From: an uncultured Pelagibacteraceae bacterium
Lineage (GTDB): Bacteria > Pseudomonadota > Alphaproteobacteria > Pelagibacterales > Pelagibacteraceae
Reading direction: 5' to 3'
NCBI GenBank assembly: GCA_902626575.1
Contig: CACOFY010000002.1
Span: 58,207-122,206 of the forward strand
Length of the DNA: 64,000 nt
Shown piece by piece: positions 19,265 through 29,314 of the stretch (position 1 is its first letter; each line of letters starts with the position of its first letter). Below the pieces are notes generated by a model. The model made no database searches. It was given only the letters and a program-made list of their open reading frames with translations, and was not told where the DNA came from. The position numbers and the translations under genes were made by a program.

Positions 19265-20611
19265 TTAATTTTTTTTACTTTTCGAATAGTTAGTAATACC
19301 AGTTCTCAGTTTCTCAATAATCTCATCAATATGTTTTTTTTCAGAAATAAACATTGGAGCAATTATTAAACAATCTCCTGTAGCTTTAAAATTAACTCCT
19401 GCTTCGTAACAATGTTTAAAACAAGTGAACCCAGCTACACCAGGTTTTTTGTCCATTTTTAAATCTATACCACCCATCATTCCGTATCCTCTTATATTGT
19501 CTACAATATCAATATCTTTGAGAGAGAATAAACCTTCTTGAAAGTATGGTGACATGTCTTTAGCTCTATTAAAGATGTCATCTTTTTCGAATATTTCTTG
19601 AACTGCTAGTGCGGCTGCAACTGAAATTGGGATTCCTGAATATGTATATCCATGAAATAATTCAATTGTTCCTTTTGGTGAACCATCCATAATTGTATCA
19701 TAAATTTCATCTTTACATGCAACAACTCCCATCGGACTAATTCCATTTGTTGTTGCTTTTGCCATTGTCATCATATCAGGTGTAACTCCAAATTCTTGTG
19801 CTCCAAATGCAGATCCCATTCTTCCCCAACCTGTGATAACTTCATCGAAAATTAATAAAATACCATGCTTGTCACAGATCTCTCTTAATCTTTGTAGATA
19901 ACCTTTTGGAGGGACTAAGGTTCCTGTTGATCCAGCAACTGGTTCAACAATACATGCTGCAATATTTTCAGCTCCAAAATTTATACAAATTCTCTCTAGG
20001 TCATCCGCCATTTCTGCTCCCGTGTCAGGCTGACCACTTATAAATTTATGCTCTGGTAGATGTGTATGTCTCATATGTAATACGCCTGGCATTAAAACAC
20101 TTGCAAAAGTTTTTACGTTATTAATCATTCCTCCAACAGAGGTCGCTCCAATATTCATTCCGTGGTAAGCTCTTTCTCTTCCTACAAATCTGTATCTATG
20201 ACCGTGTCCTCTTGCTTTATGGTATGCAATTGCAATTTTTATTGCAGTTTCAACTGCTGTTGAACCACAAATAGTGTAAAACATTTTATTAATAGTGCCT
20301 GGTGTATGTTTAGAAATTTTTGTTGCTAAATCAAATGATCCACCAAAACCTTGTTGAAATGGCTGACAATAATCTAACGTTTTTAATTGATTTGTAATAG
20401 CATCAATAATTTCTTTTCGACCATGTCCAAGTGGATTACAAAAAAGACCTGAACTTGCATCAATCATGGTTTGCCCTTCATGATTTTTTAAATAACATCC
20501 TTTAGCCTCAGTAATTAATCTTGGTTTTGCTTTAAAGTCTTTGTTGGATGTAAATGGCATCCAATGTTCATTTAAAGAATTTGGAATTTTGTTTTTATTT
20601 TCTGAGCTCAT
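19265..20611 (-). CDS. Omega-amino acid:pyruvate aminotransferase (class III), probably taurine/beta-alanine transaminase
   Basis: HWMPFT, AYHG, IFDEVITGWGR, TMAK, HGYTYSG; lies between tauA and ald. Confidence 0.88.
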   Translation of the reverse strand: MSSENKNKIPNSLNEHWMPFTSNKDFKAKPRLITEAKGCYLKNHEGQTMIDASSGLFCNPLGHGRKEIIDAITNQLKTLDYCQPFQQGFGGSFDLATKISKHTPGTINKMFYTICGSTAVETAIKIAIAYHKARGHGHRYRFVGRERAYHGMNIGATSVGGMINNVKTFASVLMPGVLHMRHTHLPEHKFISGQPDTGAEMADDLERICINFGAENIAACIVEPVAGSTGTLVPPKGYLQRLREICDKHGILLIFDEVITGWGRMGSAFGAQEFGVTPDMMTMAKATTNGISPMGVVACKDEIYDTIMDGSPKGTIELFHGYTYSGIPISVAAALAVQEIFEKDDIFNRAKDMSPYFQEGLFSLKDIDIVDNIRGYGMMGGIDLKMDKKPGVAGFTCFKHCYEAGVNFKATGDCLIIAPMFISEKKHIDEIIEKLRTGITNYSKSKKN

Positions 20612-20790
20612 TATAGAATATATTTAGACTATTACATTATTCTTAACTAGAAAAATATAATAACAATAGCGCGTCATATTATACAACTTTTAGTTGTTTT
20701 AATTAACTTAAAGCGAACTAAATGATCATTTACATCGTGTTGAATATGAACTTAAATGCTGTTTATTAATAATTATCAAAGGGGATATAT

Positions 20791-21732
20791 ATGAGAAAAA
20801 TAATAAGCTATCTTCTAGGAGTAATTGTTGCTCTTAACTTGAGCATTTCTGTTGCAAATTCTGCAGCAAATGAAGTTAGAGTTGCTTACTTTTTAGAATG
20901 GCCAAGTCCAAATCTAGAGGACATGCAGAAGAAAAATTTTGCTAAAGCTCTAGGAGTGCCGGTTAAGTGGACTAACTTCACAAATGGTGGAGCAATGACT
21001 GATGCTATGTTAGCAGGAGACATTGATATTTCTTACTCACAAGGTTTAGTACCATTCATTAACGCAGTAAAATCTAAAGCGCCTATTAAGTTGGTTGATA
21101 TTGCTATGGAATATGGAATGGGTGGAACAACTTGTGTAACTTCTAATGCATCTGGAATTACAAAAGCTAATGCTACAGAATTAGAAGGTAAGAAAGTTGC
21201 TGTACCGCTAGGAACAATGGCTGAATACGTTTTTGATGAAAGTATGAAAGTTGTTGGAGCTGACAGAAAAAAAATGGATATTATACAAATGGATCCTGAA
21301 GAAGGAGCTGCTGCATTAGTAAGTGGTGATGTTGTAATGGCATGTTTATTTGGTGGTAATTCAATTAAAGCTGCAACTGCAGTTGGAACTAGATTACTTA
21401 CAGTTCAAGAAGCTAGAGACGCTGGAATACTTGGAATAGATATTACTTCGGTAACTACAAAGTTTATGAAGGAAAATCCTGGTATGCTTAGAACTTTTAT
21501 TGAAGTAACACATGAAGCAAATGCTAGATATAGAGCTGGTAAAAGCGATATGAATTCTATGTCAAAAGCTTCTGAGATGAAAGTTTCTGATATGAAAGAA
21601 ACTTTGAGTGGCTTCAAATTTCTGACTCCAGAGGAGACTAAAGAGTCTATGACTAAAGGAAATCTTGATGCATTCTTAAAAGGAATGGGAACACCAAGAG
21701 GAAACGTAGACACTAGTTTCTTACCTCTATAA
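20791..21732 (+). CDS. tauA: Taurine/sulfonate ABC transporter substrate-binding protein
   Basis: Signal peptide, VAYFLEWPSP, LEGKKVAVPLGT (TauA/SsuA type); GGGG SD upstream. Confidence 0.82.
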   Translation: MRKIISYLLGVIVALNLSISVANSAANEVRVAYFLEWPSPNLEDMQKKNFAKALGVPVKWTNFTNGGAMTDAMLAGDIDISYSQGLVPFINAVKSKAPIKLVDIAMEYGMGGTTCVTSNASGITKANATELEGKKVAVPLGTMAEYVFDESMKVVGADRKKMDIIQMDPEEGAAALVSGDVVMACLFGGNSIKAATAVGTRLLTVQEARDAGILGIDITSVTTKFMKENPGMLRTFIEVTHEANARYRAGKSDMNSMSKASEMKVSDMKETLSGFKFLTPEETKESMTKGNLDAFLKGMGTPRGNVDTSFLPL

Positions 21733-21752
21733 TTTGAAGGTAAATTAAAATT

Positions 21753-21792
21753 AAATAGGCGCCAATTTTTTAAATTGGTGCCTATTTTTTTT
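21753..21792 (+). terminator. Hairpin with U-tract after tauA (terminator/stabiliser that would favour binding protein over permease)
   Basis: AAATAGGCGCCAATTT-TTT-AAATTGGTGCCTATTT followed by a T run. Confidence 0.85.
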
Positions 21793-21819
21793 ATTCAAAT
21801 TTTAATATAAAGTTATTTT

Positions 21820-22617
21820 ATGAGCGATCTTATTTCTCAAAATTTAAATATGATTTTTAAATCTCCAAAAGGAGAAACTGTACATGCGCTCAAAGATTTA
21901 AATTTTACAATTAAAAAAGGTGAGCTTTTAACTGTGCTGGGACCATCAGGTTGTGGCAAAACCACTTTATTAAATATTGCAGCTGGTTTTATCAGACCAA
22001 CATCTGGAACAATAACTCTAGGCAATAATGAAATTAACGGACCAGGTGTAGATAGAGGTATGGTATTTCAACAAGGCGCGCTTTTTGAATGGTTAACAGT
22101 TTCTGAAAATGTAAACTTTGGATTAAGAATGAAGAAAGAAGATCCTGTTTCAACTGCAAAAAAAGTTGAGGAGTGGTTAGAAATAGTTGGTCTAAAAGGT
22201 TTTGGAAATACTCCCACTTATCAATTATCAGGCGGTATGCAACAAAGGGTAGCTCTTGCAAGATGTCTAATTAATGATCCAGATTTAATTTTAATGGATG
22301 AACCATTAGGAGCGCTTGATGCATTAACGAGAGAAAAAATGCAATCACTTGTTTTAAAAATCTGGAAAGAAACAGGTAAGACAATTATTTTAATTACTCA
22401 CTCGGTTGAAGAAGCTTTATTATTAGGAGAAAGACTATATGTCATGGCACCAAGGCCAGGAAGAATTCATAAAGAATATAATCTACCTTTTGCTGAGATG
22501 GGTCTTAAAGAAGATTTAAGAGAGATTAAAAAGAATAAAGAATTTTCGTCAAAAAGAGAGGAAATACTCTCCATGATTTGGGACATGGAAGAGGAAATTA
22601 TGGGGAAAGAAAATTAA
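21820..22617 (+). CDS. tauB: Taurine ABC transporter ATP-binding protein
   Basis: GPSGCGKT, LSGGMQQR, MDEPLGALD, ITH. Confidence 0.85.
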   Translation: MSDLISQNLNMIFKSPKGETVHALKDLNFTIKKGELLTVLGPSGCGKTTLLNIAAGFIRPTSGTITLGNNEINGPGVDRGMVFQQGALFEWLTVSENVNFGLRMKKEDPVSTAKKVEEWLEIVGLKGFGNTPTYQLSGGMQQRVALARCLINDPDLILMDEPLGALDALTREKMQSLVLKIWKETGKTIILITHSVEEALLLGERLYVMAPRPGRIHKEYNLPFAEMGLKEDLREIKKNKEFSSKREEILSMIWDMEEEIMGKEN

Positions 22618-24543
22618 ATGCTAACCCAAATTATCACAATATTAATCCTAGTATCGATTGTTGGATGTATCCTTTATGGACGTAGACTAATTAAAACTGA
22701 AAAAGTTGATGCAGTTTTTGGTAATCCGGAAAGGGCAAAAGGTGGAACACATTGGATAATTGTTGGTAGTAGCGCGATTTTATTGATTTGGCTTTATTAT
22801 TCTTGGGATATAGCAAAAGGATTTTATCCAAAATCAGCTAATGAATTATGTCAAGTTGCAAAGGTTAATGAGTCATTACTAGGGTTGAAGTACCAATTTC
22901 CAATTGAGGAAAGAGAATTTAAAAGCACATCAATTATAAAAATAGAAAACAAAAATCTAAAAAAAATAACTGCAGAAATACAAAATTCTCCAGATTTAAA
23001 CAATCAGCAAAAAACAATTTTGCTTGAGTATATTAATAAAACTGGCCAATTAATTCCTCTACTTACAAACGATAGTTTAATGGAAACAGATACAAGAATT
23101 AAAATTAAAGAAATGACTGATGAGTTACGATTATTAAGCTCAAACTTTAAGAAAAAAGACTATCCATTTGAAACAGAAAAAGAAAAAAATGAAAGACTGA
23201 TTGCTATATCAGAGCAAGGTGATTGGGGGATCATAAAAGTCAGTGCTGGAACTGGTTCAATTGAAAATACAATTGAAGTTCCATTAGTTCCTGCAACCGA
23301 TAGAGGTTTAAAATTTCATGCTGCGGCAGAAGAGTTAACGCTTATAAATGATAAGTTTTTCAAGTTAAGAAACCATAATCCCCAATTCAAAAATTCAATT
23401 AAAAAACTAAAAGAAGACATTAAAGAATACAGAAAAAGTTTAAATGATACTGAGGAAGTAGCATCGAGTTTTGCAAAAGATATTGTTAAAATTGCAAGAA
23501 GAATTGAATTTGCAAGTATCTATCCGCCAAATGCTCTTAATGATATGCAAAATGCAATCATTGAGTTTGATAATCTTCAAAAATCTGAGCAAGGTGGTTT
23601 AAGATTAATAGATATACTTTTATTTCCTGCTGGAACTATTGTTTCAAGTGGAACTAGTTGTTCTGAACAAGGTTCAGGAAGATGGTTGCCAAAACCATCT
23701 GATACATTGAATAAATTTATATTAATGTCGAAGCCAAGTGTTGGTTATAAAAATATTCCTTTACTTTGGATTGATATGATGGATGTAAGTAAAATAATTG
23801 GCTTTATTTTACCTGACTGGATAGCAGACATTTTACCAGGTGATTATCCAGTTCATACCAAAGATGGGATTGTAAAACAAAATTTTAAAGGACAGGTTCT
23901 TAAATTAGTGACTGGTGATTTTAAATTATTTAAAATTCCTGTTCCTTACGGACATATTTGGGACTCTTTCTTAAGAGTATTTTTAGGATTAATTTTTGGA
24001 ATTATAATTGGTGTCCCTTTAGGATTATTTATGGGATTAAATCGATTTGCTAAAGGATTTTTTGATCCTCTGATTGAATTATATAGACCAGTGCCACCTT
24101 TGGCTTGGGCTCCTTTAATTATATCTGTACTTGGTATCGATAATACTGGAAAAGTATTTCTGTTATTCATGGTTTCACTGTCTATTATGATTATTTCAGC
24201 AAGAGCGGGTGCATCAGGAACACAGCTATCTAAAATTCATGCTGCACATTCTCTTGGGGCATCAAAAAAACAGATATTAAGACACGTAATATTTCCAAAT
24301 TCTCTTCCAGAAATTTTAACTGGTATAAGAGTTGCAGTTGGAATGTGTTGGGGAACTTTAGTTGCTGCAGAATTTTTAGCTGGAACAACCGGAATTGGTT
24401 TTGTTGAAAATGTCGCAAAAAAATACTTTCAGTATGAGGTTATTTGGATAACGATATTTATAATGGGTATGCTGGGACTTTTATTCGACGTTACATTAAG
24501 AAAAATAATCGATAAAACAATTCCATGGCGTGGAAAAGGATAA
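22618..24543 (+). CDS. tauC: Taurine ABC transporter permease with a large extra soluble domain
   Basis: C-terminal permease (RPVPPLAW, AAHSLGAS, LVAAE); two N-terminal TMs followed by a long hydrophilic insert. Confidence 0.8.
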   Translation: MLTQIITILILVSIVGCILYGRRLIKTEKVDAVFGNPERAKGGTHWIIVGSSAILLIWLYYSWDIAKGFYPKSANELCQVAKVNESLLGLKYQFPIEEREFKSTSIIKIENKNLKKITAEIQNSPDLNNQQKTILLEYINKTGQLIPLLTNDSLMETDTRIKIKEMTDELRLLSSNFKKKDYPFETEKEKNERLIAISEQGDWGIIKVSAGTGSIENTIEVPLVPATDRGLKFHAAAEELTLINDKFFKLRNHNPQFKNSIKKLKEDIKEYRKSLNDTEEVASSFAKDIVKIARRIEFASIYPPNALNDMQNAIIEFDNLQKSEQGGLRLIDILLFPAGTIVSSGTSCSEQGSGRWLPKPSDTLNKFILMSKPSVGYKNIPLLWIDMMDVSKIIGFILPDWIADILPGDYPVHTKDGIVKQNFKGQVLKLVTGDFKLFKIPVPYGHIWDSFLRVFLGLIFGIIIGVPLGLFMGLNRFAKGFFDPLIELYRPVPPLAWAPLIISVLGIDNTGKVFLLFMVSLSIMIISARAGASGTQLSKIHAAHSLGASKKQILRHVIFPNSLPEILTGIRVAVGMCWGTLVAAEFLAGTTGIGFVENVAKKYFQYEVIWITIFIMGMLGLLFDVTLRKIIDKTIPWRGKG

Positions 24544-25586
24544 TATTTTTTATATTTTTTATTTCATCTATAGTTCAAGCAGATGAAATAAGTCTCAAAA
24601 AAATTATCGATTTATATGACCCTTGGGGATCTTCTTTTATAAATAAAAATGAAATTATTCTCACAGAAAAAGAAGGTGAAATTAAAATAGTAAATATTAA
24701 TACAAAAAATATTTTTAATGTTGAACATAATCTTAATTTTTTGGTCGATGGACAAGGAGGGTTGTTAGATATTTTACATAAGGATAACAATATTTGGATT
24801 TCATACACTGAAAATAGAGGGGATTGGAAAACAAGCACATCTATAGCAAGAGCTAAATTAAATAAAAAAAAATTATCTTTTTCTAATATATTTCAAGCTG
24901 AACCTCCAATAGACTCTGGATATCATTTTGGATCAAGGTTGGTAATTAAAGATGATTTCTTGTACGCATCTGCTGGTGAAAGAGGTGGAGGAATGATTGC
25001 TCAGGATCCAACCTCTCATCCTGGAAGTATTATTCGAATTCATTTAGATGGTAGTATTCCAAAAGATAATCCAAAATTTACTGGTAAGGATAATTGGTTA
25101 CCTGAAATTTTCCAAATAGGTGTTAGGAATCCTCAAGGACTTTTCTTGTCCCCTTTTGATCAAAAAGTTTATATGTCAAATCACGGTGCAAGAGGTGGAG
25201 ATTGGTTTGGTGAAGTCAAAAAGGGAGAAAACTATGGCTGGAAAATATTAGGATGGGGTGGAAAAAATTATAGCGGAACAAAGATTGGTCCTAAATGGAA
25301 ACCAGGTTTTACTAAAGCAATAAAGTATTGGGTTCCATCAATTGCAGTAAGTGCAATAACAATCTACAAAGGAAAAGAATTTGAGGAATGGAACGGTTTA
25401 GCATTAATCACATCTTTAAAAGATATGTCGTTAAGGTCACTTGATTTTTCAAACCTTCAAGATGTTAAAGAAAAAGTTATTTTTAAAAATCAAATTGGAC
25501 GAATAAGAGATATACAAGTGCATCCAACCACTGGTAAGATATATTTTTTAACTAAAGATGCATTATGGTTGATGGAAAAAAATTAA
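24525..25586 (+). CDS. PQQ-dependent soluble sugar dehydrogenase (Sdh/YliI family)
   Basis: Signal peptide, GQGGLLD, HFGSR, GVRNPQG, NYGW, GRIRD. Confidence 0.88.
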   Translation: MAWKRIIFFIFFISSIVQADEISLKKIIDLYDPWGSSFINKNEIILTEKEGEIKIVNINTKNIFNVEHNLNFLVDGQGGLLDILHKDNNIWISYTENRGDWKTSTSIARAKLNKKKLSFSNIFQAEPPIDSGYHFGSRLVIKDDFLYASAGERGGGMIAQDPTSHPGSIIRIHLDGSIPKDNPKFTGKDNWLPEIFQIGVRNPQGLFLSPFDQKVYMSNHGARGGDWFGEVKKGENYGWKILGWGGKNYSGTKIGPKWKPGFTKAIKYWVPSIAVSAITIYKGKEFEEWNGLALITSLKDMSLRSLDFSNLQDVKEKVIFKNQIGRIRDIQVHPTTGKIYFLTKDALWLMEKN

Positions 25587-26575
25587 AACAACAAATAATC
25601 CAAATTTTTAAAAAACATGGTTTAAATGAAAAGCATGCAAATATTGCATCAAGTGCAATCATTAATGCAGAAATAGTTGGCGCACATACTCATGGTCTCT
25701 CAAGATTAAAAATGTATTGTGACCGAATAAAGAAAAAAGTAATAAATCCAAAGCCAAAAATAAAAATTAAAAAAATTTCACAATCAATTTCTCATATTGA
25801 TGCTAATAACAGTATAGGATTTGTAGCTGCTGACATTGGTATTAAACAAGCAATAATAAATGCAAAGAAAACAGGAATTGGATTAGTTGGCATAAAAAAT
25901 AGTGGTCACTATGGTTTGTCAGGGTATTTCGCTGAACAAGCAGTAAAAAAAAATCTTATAGTCTTATGTTTTACAAATGCACCTCCAGCAATAGCACCTC
26001 ATGGTTCAAGAAAAAAATTATTTGGTACAAATCCAATATGTTTTGGATCCCCTACCTCATCAAAAATACCATTTATTTTAGATACTTCAGTTTCTGAAAT
26101 TAATAGAGGTAAAATAAGAGTTGCTGCCAAAACAGGAAAAAAAATTCCTGCCGGTGTTGCTTTAGATAAATTTGGTAAACCAACAACCAATGCGAAAAAG
26201 GCTTTACTAGGTGTTCAGTTGCCGTTGGGTGGATTTAGAGGATCAGGTTTAGCTTGGATGGTTGATATATTAAGTGGAGTTATGACTGGTGCTAACCATG
26301 GTGGAAAAGTCAAAGATCCTTTTGATGACTTTTCAGGACCACAAAATGTTGGGCATATGTTTTTAACAATTAAACCAAATTTATTTGTGGGAAATTTCAA
26401 TGAAAAGATAAAACAAAATATTAAAAGGGTTAAGGGTTTGCCTAAAATCAAGGGTGTGAAAGAAATTTTGTACCCAGGACAAAACAAGCAGAAAAGATTC
26501 AAAAAAAACGTAAATAAAAAAATATATATTTCAGAAAATATTAAAAATGATTTAGAGAGTTTAATTGCTTCTTGA
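25565..26575 (+). CDS. Ldh_2-family oxidoreductase (malate/L-sulfolactate/ureidoglycolate dehydrogenase type)
   Basis: THGL, NSGHYG, GTNPI, GSGLA, YPG motifs. Confidence 0.88.
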   Translation: MVDGKKLKQQIIQIFKKHGLNEKHANIASSAIINAEIVGAHTHGLSRLKMYCDRIKKKVINPKPKIKIKKISQSISHIDANNSIGFVAADIGIKQAIINAKKTGIGLVGIKNSGHYGLSGYFAEQAVKKNLIVLCFTNAPPAIAPHGSRKKLFGTNPICFGSPTSSKIPFILDTSVSEINRGKIRVAAKTGKKIPAGVALDKFGKPTTNAKKALLGVQLPLGGFRGSGLAWMVDILSGVMTGANHGGKVKDPFDDFSGPQNVGHMFLTIKPNLFVGNFNEKIKQNIKRVKGLPKIKGVKEILYPGQNKQKRFKKNVNKKIYISENIKNDLESLIAS

Positions 26576-26599
26576 CAATTAATTATCTCTAATTATAGT
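26572..26599 (+). promoter_or_regulatory. Sigma70-type promoter
   Basis: TTGACA-16 nt-TATAGT, 21 nt upstream of the ATG at 26621. Confidence 0.65.
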
Positions 26600-26620
26600 T
26601 TTTTTCATAAGTTTAAAATT

Positions 26621-27073
26621 ATGGAATCAATAAAAAACTGGTTTATAGACGCAGCAAATATACTGTTTGATGATACAAAAAATGATCTTCGAGCATTACC
26701 AAGAACTGTAAGATTACAAATATTACTGGTTTTAAGTTTTATTTGGTCAACAGTATTTAGCTTGTATGTGTTTTCATATGCTACATTTGCTTTCGGATGG
26801 GCAGGAGTTTTTATTGCACATATTGGTTTAATATTTGCAACATACTGGACTTTTAAACAATTCCATAAAGCAGAAGCGCAATCATCCAGTGTATTTAAAG
26901 TAAAAAATTATAGTCCATTTAAGATTATGGCTTTAGTTTTTATTATTGTGTTTATGTTTGTTTTTTCAAAAGGTATTGAAGTATTGACAAACACAAACTC
27001 TTATAAGATACCTTATGACGGTCCTGATAAGTCTGCTTTTGAAAAGTGGCTGCCGTTTACAAAAGGAAAATAA
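26621..27073 (+). CDS. Hypothetical membrane protein (three TMs)
   Basis: 150-aa ORF with hydrophobic segments, an upstream promoter and coupling to the next gene. Confidence 0.75.
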   Translation: MESIKNWFIDAANILFDDTKNDLRALPRTVRLQILLVLSFIWSTVFSLYVFSYATFAFGWAGVFIAHIGLIFATYWTFKQFHKAEAQSSSVFKVKNYSPFKIMALVFIIVFMFVFSKGIEVLTNTNSYKIPYDGPDKSAFEKWLPFTKGK

Positions 27074-27456
27074 TGGAAAAAATTACAAAAAACATTCAAT
27101 TAGTTTTACTTATAATAATTCTCATAAGCACAATTATTGCTGTGGGAATTGAAATTTATACAATGTTTGTAAATAAAAACGTTACTCTAGCAGATTTATT
27201 ATTAATGTTTCTATATTTAGAAGTGCTTGCAATGGTAAGAGTATTTTGGGATCAGCAATCTATAAGTATAACTTTGCCTTTGCTTATAGCTATTACTGCT
27301 TTAGCTCGATTTATAATTCTACAAGGTAAGGAAATGGATCCTTCTGCTCTTGTGTATGAAGCAGTTGCAATAGTTTTAATTGCAGCAGCAATTGTAATTT
27401 TAAGATTAAGACACAGCGATAAACTTGGTCTAAAGAGTAAAAAAGGCAGACGATAA
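27073..27456 (+). CDS. PsiE-family membrane protein
   Basis: ATG at 27073 overlaps the upstream TAA, with an AAGGA SD; LADLLLMFLYLEV and LIAITALARFIIL motifs. Confidence 0.85.
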   Translation: MEKITKNIQLVLLIIILISTIIAVGIEIYTMFVNKNVTLADLLLMFLYLEVLAMVRVFWDQQSISITLPLLIAITALARFIILQGKEMDPSALVYEAVAIVLIAAAIVILRLRHSDKLGLKSKKGRR

Positions 27457-27470
27457 AATAAGATCTGAAA

Positions 27471-28319
27471 TTAATTTGAATTTCTTAAAAATAAGACAAA
27501 CAATATTGAAGTTGCAAACATGATAAGGCTATATGTTGCAGCCGGAATAATATAAATACCTCCTCCAAACATTATTGTTCCAACAAATATAGCTAAAGTT
27601 CCATTTTGAAGTCCACACTCTATAGCGATAGTTTTTTTTTGTTTAATTCCTGAGCCAAAAAAATGAGCTAAAAAAAATGCAATTATCATCATTAATAAAT
27701 TTAACGATAAAGTAATAATACCAGACTCAATGAAATAATTAACTATATTATCTTTCTCAGAATAAATAGCCCCTGTTAGAACGATTAAAAATAAAACTAA
27801 AGATATTTTATTTGCAATTGGTTCTAATTTTTGTGTAAATTGATTTAACATTTTTCTTATTATCATTCCTATTAAAGTCGGCACTGCTACGATTAAAAAC
27901 ATTTGCATTGCTACTGATAATAATGAAATATTTTTATTAACAATATTAAATCCAAGAAAATCCATAGAATTAAAAATTATAAATGGAACAGTTATAATGC
28001 TTAACAAACTGATAACTGCTGTTAGAGATATTGATAAAGCTACATCGCCTTTTGCATATGAGGTAAGTACGTTTGATGTAACACCACCTGGAGCTGCTGC
28101 AATAATCAATAATCCTACTGCAAGTTCTGGAGATATTGGCCAAACTTTGATTAATAAAATTGCAACAAAAGGTAAAATAAGAATCTGACTAAACATTCCC
28201 AATAAAAAATCTTTGGGTTGTTTTATTACTCTTATAAAATCTTGTGTGGTTAAACTGAGACCAAGAGTGAGCATTATGAATGCTAAAGCAATAGGTAAAA
28301 TTTTAGTTACAATTTCCAT
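27471..28319 (-). CDS. BASS family sodium symporter
   Basis: PGGVTSN, AKGDVALSISLT, IECGLQNGT. Confidence 0.92.
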   Translation of the reverse strand: MEIVTKILPIALAFIMLTLGLSLTTQDFIRVIKQPKDFLLGMFSQILILPFVAILLIKVWPISPELAVGLLIIAAAPGGVTSNVLTSYAKGDVALSISLTAVISLLSIITVPFIIFNSMDFLGFNIVNKNISLLSVAMQMFLIVAVPTLIGMIIRKMLNQFTQKLEPIANKISLVLFLIVLTGAIYSEKDNIVNYFIESGIITLSLNLLMMIIAFFLAHFFGSGIKQKKTIAIECGLQNGTLAIFVGTIMFGGGIYIIPAATYSLIMFATSILFVLFLRNSN

Positions 28320-28376
28320 TTTATGCCATAATAACTTAATATATACACATCATATAAATATGAAATGTAATAACAA

Positions 28377-29288
28377 ATGCTATCAGATAAAGAAATAATT
28401 TGCCCGAACAATTTATTAGATGTTGCGCACAATAAAAAAGGTGTGCCAGTAGCTATAGTAAATGCAGGGAGATTATTACCAATGCAGTCAGCTATGGATG
28501 CGGTTAATGAAAATTTGATAGTTCCTATCTTAATTGGTGATAAATCTGAAATTGAAAAATGTGCTGAAGAATTAAAGTTTGATATCTCAAAGTTTAAAAT
28601 CATTCATGAACCAGTAGAAAACAACACTGCAAAAGTTGCAGCAAAACTTGCTGCTAAGGGTGATATCAAAATTATTGTAAAAGGTCATATCCACACAGAT
28701 ATATTAATGAAAGAAGTTTTAAAGAGAGAATATAATTTACTTGGGAAAAATAGAATGAGCCATATTTGGCATATGACTTTAAATAAAGACGACCATCCAT
28801 TGATAATTACTGATGGGGCTTTGAATGTATTACCAAATGTTAAAACTAAAATGCATATTTTAAGAAATGTGATTGATTTTTGTAATAGAATAGGAATATC
28901 CAGACCTAAAATATCTGTTTTATCTGCAACAGAGGAAGTTCTAGATAGTGTTCAAAGCTCTCTTGATGCAAAAGAAATAACTGAACTTGCAACAAAAGAA
29001 AAATTAAATGCAGATGTTTTTGGTCCTTTAGCATTTGATAATAGCATTTCAAAAAAATCTGCTGCAATCAAAGGTATAAAAAATATTGTTGCAGGTTCTG
29101 CTGATGTTTTATTAGTTCCAAGTTTTGAAACTGGAAATGGTTTAGTAAAAATGATGATTTATTTTATGGGAGCCTGCGCTGCGGGCGTTGTTGTTGGTGG
29201 AAAAGTTCCAGTGGTAATAACAAGTAGGTCAGATGATGCTCCAGCAAGATTAGCTTCGATTGCAGCTGCAGTTGTTGCATTAGATTAG
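28377..29288 (+). CDS. Phosphate acetyl/butyryltransferase
   Basis: IVKGHIHT, ITDGALN, GPLAFDN, VITSRSD. Confidence 0.9.
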   Translation: MLSDKEIICPNNLLDVAHNKKGVPVAIVNAGRLLPMQSAMDAVNENLIVPILIGDKSEIEKCAEELKFDISKFKIIHEPVENNTAKVAAKLAAKGDIKIIVKGHIHTDILMKEVLKREYNLLGKNRMSHIWHMTLNKDDHPLIITDGALNVLPNVKTKMHILRNVIDFCNRIGISRPKISVLSATEEVLDSVQSSLDAKEITELATKEKLNADVFGPLAFDNSISKKSAAIKGIKNIVAGSADVLLVPSFETGNGLVKMMIYFMGACAAGVVVGGKVPVVITSRSDDAPARLASIAAAVVALD

Positions 29289-29314
29289 CTTTTGATTTAA
29301 AAGTTTATAAAATT

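Noticed and set aside
24525-25586. 19-22 nt overlaps of tauC/sdh/ldh2 as frameshifts or pseudogenes
   Set aside because: Each protein is complete with an appropriate N-terminus; short overlaps are typical of this compact genome.
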